Assembly: GCA_951406725.2 (NCBI GenBank)
Contig: OX597834.1
Location: 43,276,001-43,340,000, forward strand
Origin: Octopus vulgaris
Taxonomy: Eukaryota
Reading direction: 5' to 3'
Length of the DNA: 64,000 nucleotides
Below are positions 40,557 through 57,784 of this stretch, one piece after another. Numbering within the stretch: the stretch's first letter is position 1; each line of letters starts with the position of its first letter. The notes under the pieces are model-generated. The model did not search any database, was not told the DNA's origin, and saw nothing but the letters and a program-made list of their open reading frames with translations. The position numbers were made by a program, and so were the translations under genes.

Positions 40557-41113
40557 TATGCAGACAATTATGTATGTATGTATGTATGTGTCTACTTCGC
40601 TGCTTATGCCATTGTGCATGTGTGCGTCTCTATGTGAGTGTGTGTATGTATATATGCATATATGCCACTCTTTGTCTCTCTGCTTATATATATATATACA
40701 CACACAAGCATAGACACACATACACTAACACACGGTACATAGATAAACTGACACGCACACCGCTACGCACAAACACATTAACGACTACAAACGAGAGTGT
40801 AAGTAGGTGTATGCGCACCTATCTTCGTATGTACGAGTTTCGCTCTGTGTATGTTATACATTAGATTGATATCTTCAAATCTTATGTGCAATAAATAAGT
40901 GCTTAACTGAGCAAATTACTTCAAGAAGATAGTATATTCTTAATACAATTAGATTCTAGGCTGAGTAATAAAAAGGAATAAGTTTTTTTTGTCTATATAT
41001 CTTTTTGGTGATTTCTTTGTTTTCCATCAGAAAATCCATTATCTGTTTCGCCTTAAATCAAGCAACGAATGATGACATTCACACGCAATAACAACCTAAA
41101 AACAATTTTGATG

Positions 41114-41173
<60 letters not shown>

Positions 41174-41498
41174 GTAATAATGATGATATAAAAATGAGGA
41201 GGAGGAGGAGGCGGATAGTGATAATGATAATGGTGCTGATGGTGATGATGATAATTAGCTGAAGAACAATGAAGAAAACGAGAATGATAAGAAAGAGAGA
41301 GAGAAGAGGACAACGAAATATAAGAAATGAGTATGACGTCGATGAGAAGGAAGAAGAAAAGAACGACGACAAAACAGATGCAGTACTAGCAGCAGCAGCA
41401 GGAACAGCTACAGCAGCAGCAGAAGTAATACCTGTATTATTATTATTATTAGTATTTTTATTAATATTATTAGTGGTGGTGGTGGTAGTAGTAGTAGC

Positions 41499-41547
<49 letters not shown>

Positions 41548-42265
41548 AAAAGAAGACAAAGAAAGGAACGAAAAGAAGGGAGAAAAGAAGAGCAGGAAAT
41601 CTTAATCGCACAGGATATTGCATACTAAAAACAAACAACGAAAACTAACAAAAAAGAAGATAAAATAAGAAAAAAGAAAAGCAAAGAGTAAAAAGGAAAC
41701 AAAACAAAATAAAAAAAACTAAAGCATGCATTTATATTAAAACATTTTTACGAGAAAACCTGAAAACTGCAGGAAAAATAGATATAAACAAATAGAAACA
41801 TCTTTAAAAGTAACAAATAAATATTAAAAAAATATTAAAATAATATAAAATGAAAAATGTAAATAGATTGAAAATTAAGACAGAATTATTTTTAACATGC
41901 TATTTATTACTCATGTAAATATGTATGTATATATATCTGTCATTGTATATTGCATACACACACACACATACACACTTATGTATATATAAACACATATATA
42001 TACACATGTATACATACATATACATATTCTATAAATATATATATATATAGTTATTATGTATATATATATGTGTGTATCCATGTATCTGTGTATAAGTATA
42101 TGTATATGCATATATATATACAAATATACATATGCATATATATTTATATATATATGTGTGTGTGTATATATATTACATATATATATGTGTGTGTATGTAT
42201 ATATTACATGTAAGGGGTAGAATTGTATGCGTTTTAACTATCTCTCCCTATATATATATATATAC

Positions 42266-42430
42266 CATGGGCTTCTTTCAGTTTTCCTCTTCCAAATCCA
42301 GTTATAAAGCTCTGGTCGACCCGAAGCTATAGTAGAAAACACTTGTGCAAGTTGTAACGCAGTGGGACTGAACCCGGATGCATGTGGTTGGTAAGAAAGC
42401 TTCTTACCCCACAGCCACGCCTGCGCCTAT
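42266..42430 (-). mobile_element. SINE family A 5' half
   Basis: gggcttctttcagttt...ctatagtagaaaacacttg...cagtgggactgaacccgg...cacagccacgcct. Confidence 0.82.
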
Positions 42431-42637
42431 ATATGAATTATATGTAAGTAGATGCTAGTGTAAGTGGAGTGAGGAATACTTTATTGCGTTTGGAGCAGTA
42501 TAGCAGTTAAATACCTGGGATTTCTGGAAATGATATCTAGAAATTTACATACGTAGATACATCCATCCATCACTCCGTCCATCCATGCCTACATATATAC
42601 GCATGCTCATACAATCACACCCACGTAATTCATTTTG

Positions 42638-42676
<39 letters not shown>

Positions 42677-42838
42677 ACACATGCACACACTCACACACAT
42701 ATGTTTGTAAATATATACATATATTTATATATTTAGGTATATATACGCACATAGATACATATATGTATTATGTGTCTATGTATGTATCTATCTTTTTCTC
42801 TATCTAACTATCTATGTTTCTATGCATCTGTCTCTCTT

Positions 42839-42877
<39 letters not shown>

Positions 42878-43911
42878 CATTATATTATATAACATTATAT
42901 TATATTATATTATAACATATTATATTGTATTGTATTGTATTATATTGTATTATACTATATAAATCTATAGATATACGTACGTATAGCTTTCAGGAAAATA
43001 GGAATAAACACGACTTACGTTGCTGAGTAGCAATTGGCTTGAAAGCCAGAGCCATATTCCTGACCTAGACAAGTTTCTTGTTTCGCCAACGAGCACCATA
43101 TTGTGTATTGGTTAACGTTGCGGGTATAAATATTCATTATATTTAAATCATTTACATCATGGTAGTAAAAGCGGCTTTTGAAATACGACCGCAATATATT
43201 CCCAAGATGTCATTTATTTCAAATTTCGAAGAATGCACAAATGGCTGTAATGGAATATGTCACATGAATGACATTCAGCTTATCTCTTTAGTAAGCTTGG
43301 GAACCCAAGATATTGTGATCTCAAATTTGTTTAATGGATACAACAATAGTTTAGCAATAGTTACCATTTGTACGGCATTGAAGTAGATTATATTTACTCG
43401 AGTTTGCAGAAGTGAAACCTGTCTTAATAGCCCTAATAGAGATCATCAGCGGTTTTAAAAATGTAATAAAATGAATTGCCATGTAAGGCAATTAGCATAT
43501 AGGAATTTCGTTCATGTCTAATACTGAAAATGCAACTGTGGCATCGAACGAGAATATTAAGAAAATGTTGGAAACTAATATCACTTTACCGTATTGAATA
43601 TCAGAAAATGGAACACCAGAGAGAGTTTTCTTGAAGCTCTAAAGCTTAAATAACTTCCAGTGTTTCAGATATTGTGCTCTGCATTTCCTGTAGCCTGTAT
43701 AGTGATTGTTACAATTTTTGATAATGTACTCGTCCTTTAAAAGTACGCATCGTATTAAAGTTTATCAAACGCTTATGTTAGATTACAAAAAAAAAGAGAA
43801 ATATCTTTAAATGTGCACGTGTATTATTCGTATGTGTATGCATGTGTGTCTGTTTCAATACATGTTTGCATATATACATACATACACACACACATACACA
43901 CATATATAGAC

Positions 43912-43985
<74 letters not shown>

Positions 43986-44857
43986 ATATATATATACAGA
44001 TACACACATATACATTTATATCCATATATTGATACATATAGATGTATATATTATATATATATATATACATTGGTGTTTCTACGTTATATATGCATATACA
44101 CACGTGTGCGTTTGTATGCCTGCATGTGTGATTCAAAGAACAAATCGATCGAAACGAACGGGGATGTTTTGTGAGACAATACAGGAAGATAAGAGATTAG
44201 CAAAAACCAGAAATGACGAATAAGAGAACACGGAATAACACACAAGTGATCATAATAACATAAGCTACAAGTAATACAATACCATCTATTGAGCTGGTTG
44301 TTCTTTGGCAAAATCCAACGAAATCCTTAGTTACAGCGCTCGGTATAAAACAGAAAAGCACTAATCTATACTACAATGTATGTAATAAACCTTTGCACTC
44401 ATCTAACGACACGAATGGCTGTATTATAATGCTGTACGTTCTAAAACCTCATTTAGCTAATAAGCTCTTCTCTTCAGCAAAGAACGAAAAATGTCGACTT
44501 TTTTTTACATTCAGTGAATTTAACCAATTGTTGTATTCAGTGAGTAAAATATACAAGATTTAATAGCTTCATCGTATTATGTGTTTTATTTCTTGATCTT
44601 TATTTGTTTTTGTCATTAGAGCGGAGTAAAGATGAAGTTGACTCGTGCAAGGGATTAAGGCAATTATATCGACCCCCAGTTAATTTCCCTGTTAATTATA
44701 TCATCGTTACGATAGAATACGGAATACGAGTTGGACAGTGTCTAATTTAGTTTGACATTAGTGGCTTAGGATTATCCAACTCAGGATGTTAATGGTATAT
44801 ATATGTATGAATTTATGTTTGTATGTATGTATGTATGTATGTATGTATGTATGTATG

Positions 44858-45352
<495 letters not shown>

Positions 45353-45374
45353 TCAGACCAATAATTTTGTGGCA

Positions 45375-45990
45375 CTAACTCTGACGGGTGGGTCACTTTA
45401 TGAGAATGAAGTAACGAAGGATACTGACAAAATTCCTTTTTGGTGAAATGATCCTGAAGAAATCCAGCATCTCGAAACGGTAAGCGAAGAAACTGCGAAT
45501 GATTCGGACAAGTTGGAGGAATGCATTATATGAAAGAACCTCGGAATGTCTCGGAGAAATTACGAAAAATTTAAGAGGATTGCAGGAAAGGGTGAGAGCG
45601 TGAAATTTCCAGGGATTGTGAATAACCAGAGTTAAGAGATAAGCGATGAATGTGGGAGAGTTTGCTTCTGCAGATCAGGGCTGAGAAGTCAGAAAGAGAT
45701 GACTTGGACTTCCCTATACTCTGCATAACAACATGCCATGAATGCTTCAAGATTTGCCTATCAGCGGGGGTCCGGTGGAGGTGGTGTTTAAACGTTACAT
45801 GAAAGTATATGATGATCACTATTTGGCTCGTATTCATGGAAGCAGCATAAACGCCATGTCTGAGCCAAAGAGCGTAGACAACTTGCTGGTCTGAAAAGCC
45901 ACATAACCCTGCTGCACGCATATGCCACCGATTCTGAAATACTTCAACTGAGGACTTCCCTTGAGAAGGAGGAATCGATGCTGTGTGTTG
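45375..45990 (+). pseudogene. RTE-clade LINE ORF2 3' fragment
   Basis: L*RVGHFMRMK*RRILTKFLFGEM (cf. LRWxGHvxRMxxxRlpKxlLfGEl), WRNALY, and zinc-finger remnants DECGRVCFCRSGLRS and TCHECFKICLSAG; contains stops and frameshifts. Confidence 0.75.
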
Positions 45991-47684
45991 TGTAAAGTTC
46001 GCCCACCTTAGGAGAAGACGAAGTGGATGTTTTTGAAACCGAGAATGCCAAATTATAGAGACAAAATTTACTTATCCCCTGAGGAAACCCAACTAGATCT
46101 CATAATGCAGGGAAAGAGTTGCATAATCAAGCACCTACATACCAGGAGAACTACGTTGCGTGCAAACAATTGTAGTGATTAAAAAATAAATGTCCAACCA
46201 TACTCCTTGTTAACTCCAAAAATGCTTCCAATTACACACACACACATACAGACAAACACACACACGCACGTATTTATTTACATATATATTATCGATTGTC
46301 CATAGTCTATGTTCTTTGTTCACCGGATTCACTGCAGACTTTTTTTTTAATACGTTTAGCCAATTTCAGACAAAAATTATGCTCGTCAATGTAGTGTACA
46401 TCAGAGGAGACTAGCCTTTCTCTTTCACGACAATACTTCGTACAACATACTTGGTTTATTGATGCACGCCATTCCGGGAGGCCGGTGTTTCGACATATTG
46501 TGCCTCGTTAGTCAGAGGTACCCGGACTTTTGAACTTATTCGAAGCCTTTGGCTTTGTATATATATTCAGCGTACAGTCCGTTTGAGGATCGCTGCTTAT
46601 ATCCGTCAGCTGATGGAAAAAGTAATCATTATTTGCTCCGTGTACATAAGGATCTGGAACGAATATTTCCACACCTTATCGTAAATTGGAATATTTCTTT
46701 CTATGACGTACACTACAACGACGAACGCATTTCACGTCTCAGTCTGTTTATACATACGAAGAATAAATATGCAAATATCCGTTGCCGATCCCGCTGCACA
46801 ATGTGCAAATAACGACCTTTTTATATATTTATATAGATATGCATTACGATATAACATATATCCTGACAACTTTATCCCGGATTGCTCTTATGTGGTCATC
46901 TCTATAACTATTGTAATACCCTGAAATGTACGCAGATGGGTTGTATCATTAATAACTTCACCACCACTGATGGCCGCACTCATCTGGGATGTGGAACCTA
47001 TCCAAGATCCTGCTCTTCTGATTACGGCCGCTGGATAATTCGTTTCACTTCCAGTGCAATGCTATCTGCTCCATCATGTCACATGCGTTCTCATTAATGT
47101 ACGAAACGCGCAAATAAAAGGCTTCTTAAGTTCAAATCTACCAATCGATCGATAAAGTTTTGTATCTGGCTAACTATAAATCAAATTTCTATCGGTTTAT
47201 CTAATTCTCCCTCTGATTTTTCTCTCTCCCCTCTCCCTCCTCTCTCTGGGTATCTATTTATCTATCACTTCTAATCCACCAAAGGAAGTGGATGTTCGTA
47301 AATGGAAGGACTGAGAAATGAAAAACATAAAAACAACAAAATGAGGAATACATCAGCATCATTTCATCTCACCTCACTCTGTATTTCTGCATCCCTCTTT
47401 CATCTTCTTTCTCGCAATCCTTTGGCTTCTGTATCTTTCTCTTTACATATAAGTTTGTCTGTGTCTCTGCCTGTCTCTGTCTCTCTCCCAATTTGTCGAT
47501 CTATCAAATTCTATCTCCCACTCCCTTTCTTCTTCTTCTCTCCCCCTTTTCTCTCCCTCTCTCTTCATCCATTTCTCGAATCCAGTTCACTAGACATCAA
47601 TATACAGAAAGAAGCAGACAGACAACTAGAGTGTCCAGTTATATTACGAGTCATTGTGAAAGCGTTTAATGAAGTTGTACATAA

Positions 47685-47845
47685 AAAGTGATGACTTTCA
47701 AGAATCTTGTTTCCCAACCACATGAATCTAGCTTCACTCCCACTCTGTGGCACCTTGAGCAAGTCTTTTCATCTATAGCCTCTGACAGACCAAATCTTTG
47801 TGTTTGGATTTGGTAGACGGAAACTGAAAGAAGCCCGTCGGAAAT
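47685..47845 (+). mobile_element. SINE family A 5' half
   Basis: tggcaccttgagcaagtc...ggatttggtagacggaaactgaaagaagcccgtcg. Confidence 0.8.
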
Positions 47846-48234
47846 ATATGTGTGTCTGTTTCCTCCTATATCAAAATAGAAAGCCCTCAGCCAAAATCTA
47901 AAACTAATATTTAAAAATGAAACTATTTCCATATTGTCAGTTGGTATTCTGCTTTAATTCTAGAAGTTGCTTGAATTCTAGAGAGTTTGTATCTTATTTA
48001 ACATCAGGCCAATACTACTCAAATGGATCTTATGATCAAATGCGTTCCAGTTATGACGAACCGCTCTTATATATTTACCTGGGGATACCGCATGCAATGT
48101 ATCCTCCCGTTTTTGTGTCCATATTGTATGGTTTGAAAACGATTCAACAATTATTTCTATCTGCTTGAATGACTACACAGAAGCTGTCCTCCTGATTTTT
48201 GAGTGTCCATATTGGACATATTCTTACTTGCTAT

Positions 48235-48600
48235 AAGACGCAGTGAGCTGGCAGATCCATCGCACGCCGGGCAAAATGCTCGGTTTTTATTAAGTTCCAA
48301 ATCCACGGAAGCCGACCTTGCTACTCATCGTTTCGGGGTCGATAAAATGAGTAGCATTCGAACATTGGGGAAGATATAATCGGTTACATCCCCAAACCCG
48401 TACCTCTGTAAAATGCCATTCTTTCAAGTAGGGCTTGATAAGGATCTTTCTCTTCGCACTCCGTCGATTACGACGACGAGCGTTCAAATTGACCCAATCA
48501 GTGGAACAATCTGTTCGTAAATTAACGTGCAAGTGGCTGAGCACTGCACAGACACGCGTACCCTTAACATAGTTCTCAAGGAGATTCAGCGTGGAACGCT
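48235..48600. mobile_element. SINE B (+, ~48235-48390) and SINE D tail (-, ~48455-48600)
   Basis: gagctggcaga...tttcggggtcgataaaatgagta; gcactccgtcgattacgacgacg...aattaacgtgcaagtggctgagcact. Confidence 0.75.
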
Positions 48601-49149
48601 GGCCCTTTTAATTACAGGCGAAACTTGACTGGACTGCAGCAACGTGAAATAAAGTGTCTTGCTCAAAGACACAACAATGCTCGGGGTTTCGTGCTAATTA
48701 CATTAAGATCGTGAAACAAAAAGACTAAACCACGCACCTTTACGAAATTCGGGATATTTAACTGCTAACTATCGCAGATCACGTAATAACGTAAACATAT
48801 CTTTTATCAAGTCTTTCCATTACGCTTTCTTACGACGGACATAAAGGTAAATACTTTATCGTAGCGATATCATTTCCCAGACGTTCTGTTTTTCCATGCC
48901 ACCTACTCTATATTTTTGCACATTTATTTCACTAGAATCGCGTTAGTAAATTTGCAGATATATTGAATTCTGTGATTTACTGATGTGATCATATAATGAC
49001 TTAAACATATCCGAAATTGATTCGCGTATTTATTTGATTACAGGATAAAAGTAATGCTACTTACAGACTATTATTGTTGTTGTCTGTTGTTAGTGAATTC
49101 ACACTCACAGTACTAAGAGTAGATTAACTTTTCCAAATGCTGTTACAAC

Positions 49150-49465
49150 GCAGTAGCTGCGTGGTAAGAAGCTTGCTTTCTAACCATATGGTTTCGGGTT
49201 CAGTCTCACTGCGTGGCACGTTGGACAAGTGTTTTCTATTATAACCTCGGGCCGCCCAATGCCTTGGAAGTGGGTTTGGTAGACGAAAACTGAAAGCAGC
49301 TCGTCGTAGGATTTTCTGTGTGTTAAGCAGCTTTCTTAGCAACCACATGATCCCGGGTTCAGTCTCACTGCCTGGCACCTTGGGCAAGTGTCTTCTACAC
49401 CTGAAACTACACCTGATTATATATACACTTTAGATGAGTTGTAGTGCACCTGAGCACTGTACACA

Positions 49466-49515
<50 letters not shown>

Positions 49516-49840
49516 AGCCTCGGGCCGACCAGTACCTTGTGAGTGTGTTTCGTAACCGGAAACTGAAAGAAGCCAGTTGTATATGTGTGTGTATGTGCGT
49601 GTATGCGCATGCGTGTGTGTGTGTGTGTGTGTGTGTGCATGTATTCATGTGTCTGTGTTTGTACCTCCAACCACCATTACGTGACAAGTGATGTTGCTGT
49701 GTATACGTCCCCGTAACACAGCGTTTTGGGAAAAGAGACCGATAGAGTAAGTACTAAGCTTATAAAGAATAAATCCTGGGGTTCATTAGTTTGACTAAAG
49801 GCGGTACTACAGCATGGCCGCAGTCAAATGACTTACAAAA
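49150..49840 (+). mobile_element. Two tandem SINE A copies, the second interrupted at 49399-49512
   Basis: Two ggttcagtctcactgc heads; the core resumes at acagcctcgggccgacc; tail runs to gtcaaatgact. Confidence 0.82.
49399..49512 (+). mobile_element. Short retroposon 3' end with (ATT)n tail
   Basis: gatgagttgtagtgcacctgagcactgtacacaattattatt... splits the SINE at tcttctac|tacagcc. Confidence 0.6.
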
Positions 49841-50378
49841 ATAAAACATTAAAACAGTAATGGTGTATATATATATAAAATGTCAGTTTCCTCAGATGAA
49901 GAAAAGTACACGCAATATCCATATAATCAAAAATTAAAAATGTAAATAAATATGCATAAATATATATATATACACACACACACCCAACACTCACCCACAA
50001 TTCACCACACCAAACACGCACCTGGCACACCCATGCACAATTCAGCCAAATATACCGGGGTGATAAAAATTAACACAAGTACAAAGGATGTAACAGCCTA
50101 CTTCTAAATTTAGAAATTCCATCTTTAGGAGACAGGCGGAAACAAGAAAAATGCCCCTTGTATTTGAATACTATGCAAGTATTCTATGAAAATACTTTTC
50201 ATTTAATTTTTCCCAAATTTAATTGTTTTCCATACTTACAGCTGAAAACTTTTCAATGACCGAACCCGTTACTGAAATGTTTTTTATAAAATTATTTTAG
50301 CATTTTTTACCTTGACTTTTTCCATATATATATATATATGTTTGTGTGTGTGTGTATGTGTGTGTGTGTTTGTGAGTG

Positions 50379-50409
<31 letters not shown>

Positions 50410-50599
50410 ATATATGTATTATTCACTGATAGGATACAGCCAGTAAATGTCAACTATAGTTGCTTCAACGAACTGTAAGCTCAGTAGTACATACACAGTA
50501 AACAATGGCCCGCTACATGAAATTCTTCTATCTATCAGTCCATCTATCAATTTATCTATCTATCTAACAAAGAGAAACACATGCACAAACATGAATATA

Positions 50600-50760
50600 T
50601 AAACGACGAGCTTCTTTCAGTTTCCGTCTACGAAATCTAACCACAAGAATTGGTTGGCCCAAATCTGTGGCAGAAGACATCTGCTCAAGTTGCAACACAG
50701 TTGGACTGAAGCCAGAAACCTGTGGCTGGGAAGCAAGATTTTTACCACGCAGCCACACCC
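50600..50760 (-). mobile_element. SINE family A 5' half, diverged
   Basis: cgacgagcttctttcagtttccgtctac...ttaccacgcagccac. Confidence 0.75.
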
Positions 50761-51046
50761 GTAACTGGATTTATTTAGCATGTGTGCTTAGTAGGGTAAA
50801 CTAGGAATGGAAGGGATACATACTGAAGCAATTGTTAAGAACTTCTAGTTTAGAGTATGGCAACACGAGTTTCATATGATGGCGTTCGAATGACAAACAT
50901 ATCGTTGTACCTGTAACATTCTGTGTTTCTTCGCAGCGAATGTCCATATTTATCGCTCATGCTGTAAGGAGGAAAGCGCGATTGCATACACGAATTTCTG
51001 AGTTAACTACTAAAATGAAGTTCCTATTTCTCCATATTACTTTCTA

Positions 51047-51098
<52 letters not shown>

Positions 51099-51100
51099 AA

Positions 51101-51162
<62 letters not shown>

Positions 51163-51460
51163 CCATCGTGTCTGTCGAAATCTAACTTATTCTGCTTAAC
51201 CAACTTTGAATTTTTAGATAATAGGCAACATTGCATCAGTGTGTGGGCCTCTGTACAGACGAACAGGCATAGATATGTTTGAATGCAATACATGCCTCAT
51301 AACAATGGTTATATATTGTTAAGAGAGAGAGGGAGAGAAAGAGAGAGTGTGTCTGAGAGAGAAAAAGAGAGGGAGTGAGAGAGATCAGCAAATAAATTTC
51401 TATGATATACATACACATATATAAATACTAAAAAATGTATATATATATATATATATATAA

Positions 51461-51512
<52 letters not shown>

Positions 51513-51582
51513 GGTGAGACATGGGCTCAAAAGAGAGTTACGTAGATAAATATACATACGTAAGTAGATAGCTAGATAGATT

Positions 51583-51656
<74 letters not shown>

Positions 51657-51779
51657 CAGATAGACATGTAGTTCGTCGATTGTGGTTCGATAATTTAACT
51701 AATAGGGTATTAATGTACTGATAGGCTCCTTCACTTCAGCTGCATTATTTGCGGGAAAAGAAAGTCATCTTAATGGTTG

Positions 51780-53367
<1,588 letters not shown>

Positions 53368-54039
53368 ATAGATAGCAAAACATATAGAATTATATGGAAA
53401 CTATATTTCTCGAATATTTACAAGGAATTCTAAAGACAGGGAAGCGTAGCGATTTCTCTGTAGGTTTTGGGTAAATTATTCGGAAATGTGATAGACATGG
53501 ATATATATGTAGCCTGGAGATTTCTTCAAAGGCTAATGAGGGTTTTGTGCAAAAGTACTACAGAAGAACCATTTAAGCAAGTTACCATTTAATTGAAGAA
53601 TACCCAACCGTAGAAGGTTTTTGCGAATATACGTGTACGTTGGCGAATAAACATGCTCACCCACACAGAAGCCTATACCGGAATTTATACTTACATGAAT
53701 ATATAATTGCATACACACATCCGTAACATATATATATATAAATGGGAAAATGCGTGTAAGTTTGTAAACGTATATCATTGTAATGAGAGACAGAAGGGGC
53801 GATACAGAGAGAGAGTTTGAGGCACTAGAGAAGGTAATTTTTATTTATGTATGTGTCTGCGATTGAAGGTTAAGTCTTTAGACTGTGTGTGCTGCGTATT
53901 CAGTGCGTATTGAGGCAGAAAATAAAAGGAGGAAGACGGAGATAATTGCTTTCTTGAAATCACTGTCTTCTGGCTCTAATGCTATTACAGCACCGACAAT
54001 ATATACATGTGTGTATGTTTGTGTATGGATGTATACATG

Positions 54040-54192
<153 letters not shown>

Positions 54193-54325
54193 CACACATA
54201 TATATATGAAGAGAGAGGGAGAGAAAGATTGACCATGTTTCTGTTCATTATATTCGATGGATGATATATTAACTGTGCAAACTAAAGAAGCACATTTGTT
54301 GTCGCTACAATACATGTATATACTG

Positions 54326-54390
<65 letters not shown>

Positions 54391-54459
54391 TTATATATAT
54401 TTATGTATTTATATATATTTATATACATACATAGATGAATAGATATACGTACATATTTA

Positions 54460-54498
<39 letters not shown>

Positions 54499-55048
54499 CA
54501 TGTATATATAATGTTCGTTATCTTTTTTACTTCGGATGCCGATTACCAGAAATTGGGAAGAAAACTCAACCAGTTCCTGAGGCCCTCGTATATGCTTTTC
54601 ATATGGCAACGCAAACACGGCTACTTGAATTCTCCGAATTGCTAAGACCCCTACTATTGCCATTATTATCGTCTCTACGACATCATTATATAAATTGCAT
54701 GGCTACCATGGCCATTAAACCATTAAAATTCTGCGCATTATCTAAATATCCTATTATTTATGCAAAGCATTATTTAATTGTTTTTGCTGTTTTTATCGAA
54801 GGGTGGTGGGAGGTGTACCGGAGTTCTTTTTTTTTTCTCGTCAGCCTGTTTGAAGGACCGATTAACAAAATATTGGTTTACTAAACGAAACCTGGTGTCT
54901 TTTCTTTATATTTCAGAAAAGGTTTGTTGGTTTAACTTGCCGTTCTCTAAAATTCTGACCTTCAATTATGATGACTATAATTGCCTACTCTGTCTCAAAC
55001 GGTTTTTACATAAGATAAATGTAAATGTATATATATATATATATATAT

Positions 55049-55115
<67 letters not shown>

Positions 55116-55204
55116 TACACTGATATAAGCACATATGATTATATATTCCAGTAATTCTTCGATGTGATAACAGTACACAAATCAATATATCTATCGTGGT
55201 AATA

Positions 55205-55261
<57 letters not shown>

Positions 55262-55329
55262 TTAATAATAATAATAATATTAATAATAATAATAATAATG
55301 ATAATGATTTCAAATTTTTGCTACAAGGG

Positions 55330-55516
55330 CAGCTTGTGGGAAGGGAATTCAGTCGATTACTTCGACCCCAGTGCGTAACTGGTACTTACTTTACCGACCC
55401 CGAAACGATGAAAGACAAAGTTAAACTCAGCGGAGTTTGAACTCAGGACATGCTAACGACTCTGCCATTTTAACGCTTATTTATTATTATTATCATTATT
55501 ATCATTATTATTATTA

Positions 55517-55554
<38 letters not shown>

Positions 55555-55770
55555 TTTGTTAATAATAATAATGCTTTCAAAATATTGCACAAAGCCAATA
55601 ATTTTGGGAGTTTGCTAAGTCGGTTACATGAACCCCGGTAATCAACTGGTACTTACGTCCTCGAACCCGAGAGAAAGAAATGCAAAATCGACCTCGGCAG
55701 AATTTGAACTCAGAATGTGTCGACGGACGGAATACTGCTAAGTATTTTGCCCGGCTTCCAGACGTTTCTG
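55330..55770 (-). mobile_element. Two SINE B fragments separated by ATT/AGT repeats
   Basis: cgaccccagtgcgtaactggtactt...; tcgacctcggcagaatttgaactcagaa. Confidence 0.75.
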
Positions 55771-56132
55771 TCATCATCATCTTCATCATCATCATCATCA
55801 GCATCATCATCATCATCATCGCCATCATCATCGTCATGATGATGATGATGATGATCATCATCATCATCATCATCATCATCGTCTTTATCAGCTTAATGTT
55901 GCTTTATTTTATAAGATCATTTCCAGGCCATATCCAGAGGCGCTTGGTGCATCGGAGATCCGGCGCCCAAGATAGACAATGCTCGTCTGCCATCGTCTAT
56001 GTGTGCGGTTTTATGCATCACATGCGGCTGCTTGGAAGTTTCTCTCAAGGTTAATAACTCAGCGTTTAGTCTTCTAACAAGACATCAATTTTAAGTTGGA
56101 TACAGATTGTATTTCCATAAATATTTCTGGAA

Positions 56133-56484
56133 TATTTCTATTGCACAAAAATAAATAAGGAATATTCTAAATGCTTCTTCAAGTGAATCTCCATTATTGT
56201 CACGAAGTGAATGAACGAAAGACTGGTTCAATCCGCTCACTAAGATATAAAAAGTGAACCGTGGGCCAATCGCCTATTAACACACACACACACACATGCA
56301 CGGACGTATATATCAATGTATATAGTAAGTACAAATCATTTGGCCCTACGAAGTCGAGTCCATCGACAAGGTTCCCGGTTCAGTCCCACTGCGTGGCACA
56401 TTGGGCAAGTGTCTCCTGCTATAGCTTCAATTCGACCAAAGCCTTTTGAGTAGATTTGGTAGACGAAAGGCTGAAAAAGGGCAG

Positions 56485-56535
<51 letters not shown>

Positions 56536-56868
56536 GCTGTTCTTTGCTGCTCTATAACTCTGGATATTTGGAAGTTAGACTCCATAACTCCGAATTATAT
56601 TATGAAATTATATTTCGAACTGGATTAGCTTAGAGCTGGGTTTTTCTTCTATAAGATACCATGCACTCATAGCCGAATGCTTGTGTATCAACCTATAATT
56701 TCATCCTACATTCAGACATGCACTGCGCTTTATGTTTCAAGCTCTTATGAAGGTATAGGGTGATAGGCATGCACACAGCTAGCAGAAACAGCTGTGAGCT
56801 AATGAAGTTCATAAAATAATCATCAATTCGTTTAGCGTTCGAATTTTACACACACACACACACACACA

Positions 56869-56921
<53 letters not shown>

Positions 56922-57731
56922 TGTATGCGTTATTTGAGTCTATGCTTGTCCCCCTGCCATTGCTTGACAACCTATGCTGGTGTATTTACGTCCACATCAA
57001 ATAGCGGTTCGGCAAAAAGAGAATGATAGAATAAATACAAGGCTTACAAAGAATAAGTCATGGGGTCAGTTTAGTCGACTAAAGGTGGCGCTCCAGCATT
57101 GCAGCAGTAAAATGAGTGAAACAAATAAAAGAATATATATGAGGGCTCATGAAATAATGGTAAAAGTGTTACACTTACGATATATTGATCGTGATTTCAT
57201 TTCCCAGATCAGGTAGTGCGTTTTTTATTGAGCAAAGGCCTTCATCTCACTTTAGTCTTCGACACTAGACGCGTGGCTCACTGTGCCCCTGTTCAGACAA
57301 CATCGATTTGATGGGGAGAAAGAGAGAGGTAATGTGCGGCACTATAGGCAAGTTGATCATTATAAACGAATTAATTTTTGCAGCTTGTTCTTGGTAAGCC
57401 TAGTACTTATTCTATCGTTCTGGTTTGCCGAACCGCTAAGTTACGGAGACGTGAACGCCCAAATAACGGTAATCAAGCGATGATTGGGAGACAACATACA
57501 CACAAACATCTATGTGTGTGTATGTGTGTGTGCGTGCGTGTGCGACTGCCTTTTTTCAGTTTTTTGTCTACCAAATCAATTCACAAGTCATTGATCGACT
57601 CGAAGCAATAGCAGGAGACACTTGCCCAATGTGCCACGTAGTGGGACTGAACCGGGAACCATGTCGATGGACTCGACTTCGTAGGGCCAAATGATTTGTA
57701 CTTACTATATACATTGATATATACGTCCGTG

Positions 57732-57784
<53 letters not shown>

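Noticed and set aside
45453-45485. ctgaaga...gaaacggta as a hammerhead
   Set aside because: No stem II or stem I pairing; it lies inside the RTE coding remnant.
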